From Verrucomicrobiia bacterium (GTDB lineage: Bacteria > Verrucomicrobiota > Verrucomicrobiia > Limisphaerales > UBA1319): DNA of 64,000 nucleotides. Numbering within the stretch: position 1 is the first letter of the stretch; each line of letters opens with the position of its first letter. A program made the translations under genes and the position numbers. Location of the stretch: contig OY760937.1 of assembly GCA_963664225.1 (NCBI GenBank), forward strand, positions 3,776,001 through 3,840,000. The letters are read 5' to 3'. The notes beneath the pieces are model-generated. The model was given only the letters and a program-made list of their open reading frames with translations, was not told where the DNA came from and made no database searches. Shown here one piece after another: positions 10,891-19,192 of this stretch.

Positions 10891-12047
10891 TGAAAACAAC
10901 ACGTTTCTATATTTATATGATTCTTGCAATGATTGCATTGCTATCTGTCTATTGTTTGATGAAATACCAAAAGACGGTGGTAAAAAGCGATCACATTGAA
11001 GACACTTCTATCAATGTAGAAACAAATTCAAAACAGTTGATAAAGCAAAGCAATGGCCTAAGTCCATTTGGAACAATTATCAGTGACAACATAACCTCCT
11101 CGAATCGTATTGTGGTAGCGGAAAAGAATGGGGTTCAGAAAACCGCCCAAATACCTTTGACTCTTGCCAATTCTTTGACGGACGACCAGATACTAGGTAG
11201 TTTATTTTACACAAATACCATGCCCAAAGACACTGGGGCGGGCCTGAATCAGTATTTGTCTTTCTATGGCCTTACTGTTGATGATAAAACAAATGTGTTG
11301 GCTGGAGTAGATATCGTCGGAAGCGTTTTGGTTGTCGACGGCCAAAATGCACCCAGGGAAGTTATTATGAAAACAGAATCTGACGGCGAAGGACGCTTCC
11401 AATTCAATATGGATTACGGTCAATTGATTGTGATTACAGTCAATAAAGGAACGAATTTCATTTCCCCACCATCTCAATCGTTTCGATATGGCGTGGGAGG
11501 TTATGGGGCGAACGATAGCCCACAAATAACCAACCCCAACGCCCTTGATCCAGTAACGTTTGTTTTGACAAAAAAGATCAAACCGGAAGAGTTGGTCGAG
11601 CTGCGTAAAGGTTTGGCTGCTCCAAATACAGGCGAACCAGTTAGGATTGATTTAACAACGGGCGAGATTGTTCCGACGGGTGGAGATTTAATTGTCTCAA
11701 TCACCTGTCTTGAGCCTTATAAAGCGGGCGTGCATATCCCGTGGAAGCTTATGCTGCAAGCGACAGATGGTGGATTTGTCATGGTAAAAGCGACGCGCCT
11801 AGGCGATATGTTAGGAGCGCCAGAATATGGATATGATAAGATTATAATAGAACACACCAAGGACGACATAAACTGGAGTCCGCAATTTAATGGCATTATG
11901 TATTTAATGTCACGTAACGGTGGGATTTATGGGAAGATGACGTTTGATATGCAAACGCGTTGGGACGAACGAGGTGTTCTTTTTGGTTTTCATTCTTTCG
12001 TGAATACTAATGGTTCCCGAAATCTCCAAATGTCGACTCCTTGGTAA
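10890..12047 (+). CDS. Membrane-anchored exported protein with carboxypeptidase-regulatory-like beta domain; candidate immunity protein
   Basis: ATG overlaps the hydrolase stop (TTAATG); N-terminal TM segment; FYGLTVDDKTNVLAGVDI...SDGEGRFQF. Confidence 0.6.
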   Translation: MKTTRFYIYMILAMIALLSVYCLMKYQKTVVKSDHIEDTSINVETNSKQLIKQSNGLSPFGTIISDNITSSNRIVVAEKNGVQKTAQIPLTLANSLTDDQILGSLFYTNTMPKDTGAGLNQYLSFYGLTVDDKTNVLAGVDIVGSVLVVDGQNAPREVIMKTESDGEGRFQFNMDYGQLIVITVNKGTNFISPPSQSFRYGVGGYGANDSPQITNPNALDPVTFVLTKKIKPEELVELRKGLAAPNTGEPVRIDLTTGEIVPTGGDLIVSITCLEPYKAGVHIPWKLMLQATDGGFVMVKATRLGDMLGAPEYGYDKIIIEHTKDDINWSPQFNGIMYLMSRNGGIYGKMTFDMQTRWDERGVLFGFHSFVNTNGSRNLQMSTPW

Positions 12048-12168
12048 AGTATATGCTAAAGCAAGAATTAACATGACGAGTGGTTGGGATGATCGTGGGG
12101 TATTTTTTGGTTTAAAGGCCTTTGTAAACACTAATTGTTCACCACGTTTGCAGGATCATTCTGAATAG
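12043..12168 (+). pseudogene. Orphan 3' fragment paralogous to the C-terminus of the preceding gene
   Basis: GKVYAKARINMTSGWDDRGVFFGLKAFVNTNCSPRLQDHSE* aligns with GGIYGKMTFDMQTRWDERGVLFGFHSFVNTNGSRNLQMSTPW*. Confidence 0.8.
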
Positions 12169-12306
12169 TAATGGTAATTTGCATCTCAATGGTCTGCACC
12201 ATTTCTGAGGCATTTCGTTGCGTGCAACGCGGCGAATTCCTAGGATGTGATTGCAATTTGCTCGCACCCGGCTTTGCACTGGCACTCATTTTCCACGACT
12301 GACATT

Positions 12307-13755
12307 TTAGTTTTGGGGAAAATTCTCGGTCTTCAGGCTGCCGAGCCAGAAGCACGCAAGAGGTGCTGGAATCTTTGCAATCATGACGTTCCCCGTATCA
12401 GTCGGGATGGTTAGGCACTTGAAATCAAAAATATCCTTGGTGATCACATAACCACGCCCGACGCCGCGTTGTTCGCAGAAATGGCGAATTCCTTTGAACG
12501 CCTCGGTATCGGTTGGTTGGGCGCGGTATTTTACCTCGAAAGGCACGAAGCGACCTTCGATTGAGGCGATTATATCAACCTCCTCGTCTTTCTGCCCGCG
12601 CCAGTAGGAAAACCCAATGCTCTGCTGGTAATAGTGAGAGTATAGATGATTAAAGAACGCCGTTTCGGCAGCTATTCCAAGTCCGGCGCTATCCTCCAAA
12701 AGTGATTTTCCTTTTAAAAGAACGCTGGGAGCAATCGCCGCATCCGCCAGATAAACCTTATGGCGGGCACGGAGGACTTCTTTCCCGTAACCAAAAGGCG
12801 ACAAGCGGTGGATAAGGTGGGCCGATTCCAGAAGCGCGATAAAATTATTGGCGGTTGGCTTTTTGACCTCAAGGTTTTTGCACAGTTCTGTTACGTCAAG
12901 GATTCCGCCGTCGTGCATACAGAGGTAAAGAAATGTTTGTTCCAACTCAAGGACCCGGCGCACTCCAAATAGCGCGGTCATGTCGCGCTTTAAAATCTTG
13001 TCGAGAATATCTTCGCGTAATAGCCGCTGAGCCTGGGGAATGTTTTCGATAAGCGCGGTTTGGGGATAGCCGCCTCTCAAAAGATACTCGTGGAAGTGAC
13101 CCACCAATGGTCGGGCATCCGAGGCTACAGCGACAAAGCGTTCCTGAGGCCAATCAAAAACCTCTGACAATGAATGCAGGAGCGGAATCGTTGGCGGAAT
13201 CTCAACCTTCTTAATTTTGAGGTATTCATAGAAAGAGAGCGTCGAAAGGGCGATGGTGTGCCAGCGCCCGACGCCGGATTCTTGGGCTTCAGAGACGAGG
13301 GGTGTGGCGGAACCTGTGGCCGCAATGCGTCGATCCTTTTGAAAATCAACCTGGTGTTTAAGCCAGACCTGCCAGTCTTTGGCGTATTGAATTTCGTCCA
13401 AGAACACATATTCAATCCCACCTTTGGAGGGTTCCACCTCGCGCCATAATTGCATGAGGCCATCCAAGCCGATGGGTTTTAAAAGTGGGTGGTCAAAAGT
13501 TGCGTATAAAATCTTTGAGGGTGAAACGCCCCGGTCCAGTAACCCTTGAATCGTTTGAAGCAATAAAGTGGTTTTCCCGACTTGTCGTGCGCCGGTCAAA
13601 AGGAGCGCGCGATGGGTGGGGGGATTTGATACCCACAAAAAGACTTCGCCAAAAGCGGTTCGATGCCACAGGGGTAAGTTTTGAGCGCGGCCATCGCGCC
13701 ACCAGGGGTTGAATTGCCGTAAAACGGCCAGAAGCTCGGAAGAAGAAGCTGCCAT
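12307..13755 (-). CDS. AAA_14 + DUF4143 (PD-(D/E)xK-like) ATPase
   Basis: QFNPWW, TGARQVGKTT, FLDEIQ, GGYP, EEVDIIA...PFEVKY. Confidence 0.9.
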   Translation of the reverse strand: MAASSSELLAVLRQFNPWWRDGRAQNLPLWHRTAFGEVFLWVSNPPTHRALLLTGARQVGKTTLLLQTIQGLLDRGVSPSKILYATFDHPLLKPIGLDGLMQLWREVEPSKGGIEYVFLDEIQYAKDWQVWLKHQVDFQKDRRIAATGSATPLVSEAQESGVGRWHTIALSTLSFYEYLKIKKVEIPPTIPLLHSLSEVFDWPQERFVAVASDARPLVGHFHEYLLRGGYPQTALIENIPQAQRLLREDILDKILKRDMTALFGVRRVLELEQTFLYLCMHDGGILDVTELCKNLEVKKPTANNFIALLESAHLIHRLSPFGYGKEVLRARHKVYLADAAIAPSVLLKGKSLLEDSAGLGIAAETAFFNHLYSHYYQQSIGFSYWRGQKDEEVDIIASIEGRFVPFEVKYRAQPTDTEAFKGIRHFCEQRGVGRGYVITKDIFDFKCLTIPTDTGNVMIAKIPAPLACFWLGSLKTENFPQN

Positions 13756-13947
13756 GTTGTGAATATGTCAGCAGAATCTATATAAGTAAAGTATATATTA
13801 CTTAAAATGGCAATTTAAGACATTTCTAATGATTTTGGGGCGGTTTTCTAATGCCACAATCGCGCGTCCCATGAATAGGAAATTAACCAACCTTATTTGA
13901 TTTTTTGAAAATCGGACCCGTTCACAAGGCACATCCTAAAGGTCAGA

Positions 13948-14376
13948 TTAACCTTCGATCAACTTGGTCCTGTTTCTCCGGGCATCGGTCGCACGCAGGG
14001 CGGCGATTTCCTCGGGAGTGATAGGAGCTTTTCTCCCTACCCTTCTGAGACCGATCCTGAGCACATCACTGGTGGTGATGGGCTTTCCCGTCCGTTGGTG
14101 TGTTTCCAGAATGATGTCGTTCACGCGAGCCACTTCGGTCATTAACAACCGTGTCGTGCACCTCTCGGCGGTCTTGGCCATCGACGGATTCACTATGGGT
14201 TTGGATTGAGGCGTTACGCTGGCGCTTGAAACGGCCACTTTTACGGAAGTGGGCGCTGCGATCGGCGGCGGCAGTGTTTCCGTCACGGTGGTGCTCGCGC
14301 CTAACGTGGCGGTGTGGCGTTGCATGATTTCACGCAACTGGTTATGCGTGTCGTTGGATTTGGTGGTCTTATTCAT
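13948..14376 (-). CDS. Putative centromere-binding partner of ParA (ribbon-helix-helix-like C-terminus)
   Basis: Directly downstream of parA; disordered N-terminus then CTTRLL..E.ARV..........ITTSDVLRIGL. Confidence 0.55.
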   Translation of the reverse strand: MNKTTKSNDTHNQLREIMQRHTATLGASTTVTETLPPPIAAPTSVKVAVSSASVTPQSKPIVNPSMAKTAERCTTRLLMTEVARVNDIILETHQRTGKPITTSDVLRIGLRRVGRKAPITPEEIAALRATDARRNRTKLIEG

Positions 14377-14389
14377 AATGTCTTAAAGT

Positions 14390-15510
14390 CCGATTGTCTG
14401 ACAGTAGGACAACCCTATTTGGGGAGTGCCCGCGCCAGCTCTGTGGTCACGCGGATGACTTCTTCGCGAAAAACAGATGGAATTGAGCGCCAGCCCTGGA
14501 GCTGGGCGACCTGATAGGCGGTGCGGCGAACGAGATAGTTGTTCAGGGTTGGGAATGGGATTTCCTTCGCAATACCGGCCATTTCATCAAAGAAGCGGTT
14601 ATTGGTCTGCACCAGATTAAAAAGCACCCGAGTGGGACCTTGCCGCAACGCCTGAATCTGGGCGGCGGTAGCCGCCGTGGTGGCAAGGTCCAGGGGGCTC
14701 GGAGTTGTCACCAAAACCAACAAGTCCGCCGAACGGATGGCCTCTAAAGTCTCGGGAGCGTGGATGTTGGGGGCGGTATCGACAACAAGAACGGAATCCC
14801 CTCCCCCTATGGACAGGCCGAAAATGCTGGCCGCCGTGGTGGCACTTTGTTGGGGATCGCGATCCTCGATGGATACGGATTGCCCCACCTCCTTAAAGGC
14901 GGCGGCCACGAGGGTGGCGCACGTGGTCTTCCCTACCCCTCCTTTTCCATTAACAAAAGCAATGCGTATTGGCATAAAGTATGATTGTCCTACTATAGGT
15001 CAATCAGGTTATCGGTCGGTTGTCAACCTATAGTCGCACAATCGGATGGTCAGACTTTCAGAATATCCAACAATCGGACGGTCTGACAAAAGGCCTTATG
15101 GGTCGCATCTCGCAAATGAAGTTTCTGAATAATCCCAGATAAGCTGGCTGATTGTCTGATGAGAGATCGCCCGATAGTCAGACAGTCGGACAATATAACA
15201 GATGCAGACAATCGGACATTCTGAGTATCCGATTGTCAGGCAGTCTGACAAATAGCCGTGCCGAACTCGTTTTATAAATCGGCTATCCCAAATGATGCCA
15301 GGCAGGTGTGGTGATTGTTTGCGAAGGGGGATTGTCACAATGTCGAACAGTTGGACAATATGACGAATTCGAGGCGCGGTAGGTTTATGTAGGGATCGAT
15401 CCAATAGGGTGGGCGGGTGGGGCCTGGCAAATAAGCCCGCCTCCTTGAAAGAGGCGGGGGTGTAATTTGTCTGATAATCCGACAATCCGACAAACAGACG
15501 TTCGGACATT
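14390..15510. repeat. Clusters of degenerate 8-bp repeats (GACAATCG/GACAGTCG/GTCTGACA family); candidate parS/parC centromere
   Basis: ccgattgtctgacagtaggac (~14391), acaatcggatggtcagac, acaatcggacggtctgac, ccgatagtcagacagtcggac, gacaatcggacattctgagtatccgattgtcaggcagtctgac (~15000-15250), gtctgataatccgacaatccgacaaacagac (~15470-15500). They flank parA on both sides. Confidence 0.6.
14415..14975 (-). CDS. parA: Short (type Ib) ParA partition ATPase
   Basis: NGKGGVGKTT deviant Walker A, DRDPQ, VVDTAP, PSPLD. Confidence 0.92.
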   Translation of the reverse strand: MPIRIAFVNGKGGVGKTTCATLVAAAFKEVGQSVSIEDRDPQQSATTAASIFGLSIGGGDSVLVVDTAPNIHAPETLEAIRSADLLVLVTTPSPLDLATTAATAAQIQALRQGPTRVLFNLVQTNNRFFDEMAGIAKEIPFPTLNNYLVRRTAYQVAQLQGWRSIPSVFREEVIRVTTELARALPK

Positions 15511-16258
15511 GCGCTTGGAAATTCCGCAAGCGCTCGGCGGCGGCGCGGTAATATTCGGCGTCTTTTTCAATAAGCATAAAACGTCGGCCCATCTGTCGTG
15601 CGGCGATGCCGGTGGTGCCTGAACCGCTAAACGGGTCCAGAACGATGTCGCGAGGTTGTGAAAAGGGCCCAATTAACGGCGTTAAGCTTTCCACAGGTTT
15701 TTGTGTGGGATGCAAACGATTGCCTGTGTATTTCCACGGCAAAACATCGGCGGGCGGGCAAGCGGGTAGGGGAGGATTGCCTTTGGCCAGGAGGTAAGCT
15801 TGTTCGTGTTTCATCTGAACGAGCCGAACACTGGAGGCGTAGCGCTTGACCCAGACGAAATGCCCGACCGGGCGAAAACCGCACTCGCGCCATGCTGACA
15901 AAAAGCGGTCGGCCTTGCTCCAGCCGTAAAAGCTGATGCAAAAGCGATTCGGTTTAAGCACCCGATAAAGTTCGGAAAAAGCGGGATACATCCAGCGGGA
16001 ATTGTCGTCGTTGGCAATACGGCGGCCGCTCGTGTCCTGATACCGCACGAGATATGGCGGGTCTGTGAGAACCAAGTCTGCGCAGTCGTCGGGCAATTGG
16101 CGCAAAACCTGAAGGCAGTCACCATGGGTAATTTGGTTAACCATTGTGTCTAATGGGTTGCCGTGCTCGTGGATTTGCTGGGGGTTGGTGTCAGTGCTCA
16201 ATTGCTCGGGATGGCTCGGAGCCCTGAACGGGTTATCGGGTTTTGGATCTGTATTCAT
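15335..16258 (-). CDS. Orphan N4-C/N6-A DNA methyltransferase (beta class, plasmid leading-region type)
   Basis: GDCL, LTDPPY, HPTQKP, VLDPFSGSGTT. The last ~60 aa read through the 8-bp repeat region and may be a read-through tail. Confidence 0.92.
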   Translation of the reverse strand: MNTDPKPDNPFRAPSHPEQLSTDTNPQQIHEHGNPLDTMVNQITHGDCLQVLRQLPDDCADLVLTDPPYLVRYQDTSGRRIANDDNSRWMYPAFSELYRVLKPNRFCISFYGWSKADRFLSAWRECGFRPVGHFVWVKRYASSVRLVQMKHEQAYLLAKGNPPLPACPPADVLPWKYTGNRLHPTQKPVESLTPLIGPFSQPRDIVLDPFSGSGTTGIAARQMGRRFMLIEKDAEYYRAAAERLRNFQAQCPNVCLSDCRIIRQITPPPLSRRRAYLPGPTRPPYWIDPYINLPRLEFVILSNCSTL

Positions 16259-16690
16259 ATTTGTTTTCTGCAGCGGGTGCTGCTCGGTCTGGTCTATCGC
16301 CCTTCACACCTAAGGCCCGCGAATCAGGGCGGCCCGTGGGAGTAGTCTTCAGAGGGCACCGCGAAGGCCCCGTGATGAAAGCAAGACCGTGAAGGGCGAT
16401 AGACCAGAACTGGAAGCCACGGCAAAAGGCATGAATGACAGGCCAAAACCGCCAAGGAGGAGGATTTCTTATCCGCCTCACATAATGACTGGGCTCGCAT
16501 GTGAGGTTTCAAAGCCGTGAACGCTCACATGGGAGCATAAAAAGGGATTGAGCCATGGCTTTCCGTGTTTCGGGGTGGCATTCCAGGAGGGGAAGCGAAA
16601 CCGGATAAGTCCTGGCGATAGGGGAAAAACCAGAGGAGTCCAGAGGGTACACCCTTTGGCGCGGGTCTGGGACGGCGTGAGTCCCAGCCG
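16195..16690 (-). repeat. Structured upstream leader copy 1 (ssDNA promoter / ssi / CUP-like)
   Basis: 20-bp perfect IR TCTGGTCTATCGCCCTTCAC (16288-16307) / GTGAAGGGCGATAGACCAGA (16389-16408); double hairpin at 16638-16687; homologous to 17625-18300. Confidence 0.7.
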
Positions 16691-16694
16691 AGGA

Positions 16695-16733
16695 AACGAA
16701 AAACCCCGGTCTTTTCTTCCGGGGTTTTTCGTT
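16695..16733 (-). terminator. Intrinsic terminator after ardC
   Basis: AACGAAAAACCCCGG-9 nt-CCGGGGTTTTTCGTT, just past the ardC stop. Confidence 0.8.
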
Positions 16734-16739
16734 GGGCGG

Positions 16740-17687
16740 TTAATTCTCGGCAGGGGTTTGAACCTCGGCAAAGGTGGTCCCTAAAATATAATCTGCCGCT
16801 TTCTGGGCCTGTGCCGCCGCGTGGACAATCAAGGCCTTGTCATTGCGCAACTGCTCCAGCCAGGATTTCACGTAGGCAGCGGAATTATCCAAGGTCCGCT
16901 CGACGATGTCCGCTTGTCCGCAAAGGAAAGCCGCGCCCAGTTCGGCGATGAGCTCCTCTTTGGAATAGGGATTGGAGCCAAAGCCCGCTTTGGCGGTAAG
17001 CGTTGAACGATTCAACCGCGAGTCATGGCCGGTCGAGTGGATGAGTTCATGAAAGAGCGTTGAATAATATTCCGCCTCGTGGTCAAACCGTGCCCGATCC
17101 GGCATCCCGACATAATCCTCTGAGGGGTCATAAAAGGCCTTGGTTCTGCCGTGCTTGATGGTGGGGCGTTTTGGCATTTTCTCGACAATGTCCTCCGGTT
17201 TGGCTGGCAAAATTGCCGCCGGGGTCGGGGTTTCGGGAATATTCCGCAATCCCTCGCATTGGGTGACATTGAAAACGTGATAAAGCCGTAAAAGCGGGAT
17301 GGTCCGTTTCTCGTCGGATTCCTCATCCTCAAGGGTCATTTGTTTCCAGAAAACCACCGGACAGGATTTTTCGCCTTTGCGCACGTTGCCGCCGAGTTCC
17401 TGAGCCTGCCTGAAGGTCAGCCAATAGGGGGCTTCGTAACTCATAGCCAGCAATAGAAAAACGTTAACGCCCCGATAAGGCCTCTTGGTGATGAAATTAC
17501 GAGGCAAGCCGGTTTGCGCCTTCCATGGTTTGTGCCAGGGAACGGTGCCTTGCTCCAGCAGTGAAACAATGCGCTCGGTGATATGGTCATAAGCATAACC
17601 GCGTGAGGTTGTCTGGGTGTTCCCGCTCAATTGCTCGGGATGGCTCGGAGCCCTGAACGTATTTTTGTTTTTTGGATTGGTATTCAT
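16740..17687 (-). CDS. ardC: ArdC antirestriction protein (ssDNA-binding + zincin-like MPTase)
   Basis: ITERIVSLLEQGTVPWHKPW, YRGVN, WLTFRQA, VRKGEK, YHVFNVTQ, HELIHSTGH, YSKEELIAELGAAFL. Start set at MNTNPK by homology with the MTase N-terminus. Confidence 0.95.
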   Translation of the reverse strand: MNTNPKNKNTFRAPSHPEQLSGNTQTTSRGYAYDHITERIVSLLEQGTVPWHKPWKAQTGLPRNFITKRPYRGVNVFLLLAMSYEAPYWLTFRQAQELGGNVRKGEKSCPVVFWKQMTLEDEESDEKRTIPLLRLYHVFNVTQCEGLRNIPETPTPAAILPAKPEDIVEKMPKRPTIKHGRTKAFYDPSEDYVGMPDRARFDHEAEYYSTLFHELIHSTGHDSRLNRSTLTAKAGFGSNPYSKEELIAELGAAFLCGQADIVERTLDNSAAYVKSWLEQLRNDKALIVHAAAQAQKAADYILGTTFAEVQTPAEN

Positions 17688-18300
17688 GGTCTTTTTTTTT
17701 ACAGCTCGTGCTGCTCGGTCTGGTCTATCGCCCTTCACACCCATGGCCCGCGAATCAGGGCGGCCCGTGGGAGTAGTCTTCAGAGGGCACCACGAAGGCC
17801 CCGTGATGGAAGCGGGACCGTGAGGGCGATGGAACAGGACCGGAGAGCCGATGCGAAAAAGACCTGAAGACCATGACAACAAAGGGAGGGGAAGGGGATT
17901 TGAAGAATCCGCCTCACACTATTTGGGTGGAGTGGATCATCGGCGATGCCTTGAAGCCATAAATCAGAAATCATCGAAAGATCGCCGACGAACACGACGG
18001 GGTTGGGTCCCGGCTCGCTTGTGAGTTTCCAAAGCCAGAAACGCAACGGAGCGGTTGGGAATTCCGCCCGCGCGGGGTTTCCTTGGGTCGCGGATCAGCG
18101 GAAGGCCCAATCAGCGAAGTGGAGTGGTGGCGCAGGAAAGCTCGCAAGGGAGCCCCTGGGGGGAAGCCAAGTCTGCAATGCTTTGAAGGGGAAAGGGCAA
18201 ACGCTCGCAGTGTTGGCGATGGGGGATAAATACGAGAGATGTCCAGAGGGCTTGCCCTTTGGTGCGGGGTGTGGGGATGGCATGAAGGCCCCACGCGGCT
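17625..18300 (-). repeat. Structured upstream leader copy 2
   Basis: Near-identical core GCTCGGTCTGGTCTATCGCCCTTCACAC...GGGAGTAGTCTTCAGAGGGCAC; shared ATCCGCCTCACA, GGCTCGC.TGTGAG and GTCCAGAGGG-N4-CCCTTTGG double hairpin (18241-18294). Confidence 0.7.
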
Positions 18301-18446
18301 GGATGCAATTGTTATCCAAAACAAATTAATACCGATAACATGGAACATCGCTGGCAAATCACCCCGTTCTCTGCCTGGATGAGGTTTAATTTAACGTATC
18401 CGTCAGGCGAAGTGGCTATAGGCAATGGCCGGGCTGAAGTGGTTAA

Positions 18447-18794
18447 ATGGGGGGCGTGAAGCACCGAACTGCATCCTCAAATCGATTTCCGCAAACCACA
18501 TGTGAACAACGTGCCCAATGGATCCTTCGCTATCACCAGAGTGGATTGACGCGGCGCGCCTTTGCTTCTGAGTATGGCATCGGATTGTCCACATTGGGGA
18601 GGTGGCTCAGAGACCCGGTGCCCACCGCCGTGGAACCACCCGCACTGCCACGCCTGCAGGAAGTCCCTCTGGCTTCCCTGCTGGGAAATTCGCCTTGGGC
18701 TGCGGAAATCACCTTTGCCGACGGGACCGCGGTGCGCCTGACTGGGGACCTGGCCGACCGACTTTTGCAACCCTGGCTTGGGGCGCGTTCATGA
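18447..18794 (+). CDS. tnpA: IS66 TnpA (HTH accessory protein)
   Basis: YHQSGLTRRAFASEYGIGLSTLGRW; first ORF in the IS. Confidence 0.85.
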   Translation: MGGVKHRTASSNRFPQTTCEQRAQWILRYHQSGLTRRAFASEYGIGLSTLGRWLRDPVPTAVEPPALPRLQEVPLASLLGNSPWAAEITFADGTAVRLTGDLADRLLQPWLGARS

Positions 18795-19126
18795 TCACGC
18801 CCACTGCCGCCACACGTATCTTCGTTGCCCTGGCTCCGATGGACTTGCGCCAGTCCTTTAACGGGCTGTGTGCCTGGGTCCAGGAGTCCTTGCGTCAGGA
18901 TCCTCTCTCGGGCCATCTTTTTTTGTTCACCAACAAACACCGGAACCGTCTCAAGGCCCTTTACTGGGACGGCAGCGGACTTTGGGTCAGCACAAAACGT
19001 TTGGAGCGGGGTCGATTTACCTGGCCACAAGGGGAGGGATTGCAGGCAAACTTGCGCGCCGAGGAACTCAGCGCGTTAGTCAACGGATTGGAGATCCGCG
19101 CACGCAAAGACTGGCGGCGAAACTGA
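18791..19126 (+). CDS. tnpB: IS66 TnpB accessory protein
   Basis: PMDLRQSFNGL, LFLFTNKHRNRLKALYWDGSGLW..KRLERGRF; ATGA overlap with tnpA. Confidence 0.92.
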   Translation: MITPTAATRIFVALAPMDLRQSFNGLCAWVQESLRQDPLSGHLFLFTNKHRNRLKALYWDGSGLWVSTKRLERGRFTWPQGEGLQANLRAEELSALVNGLEIRARKDWRRN

Positions 19127-19192
19127 AAGATTCTTAAAATAAATTGCGTATAACTATTGACATAATAATTTATATTGTTATGAGTAATAACA

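Noticed and set aside
17688..17882. N-terminal extension of ArdC and small ORFs 16233-16771
   Set aside because: They translate the duplicated structured non-coding leader.
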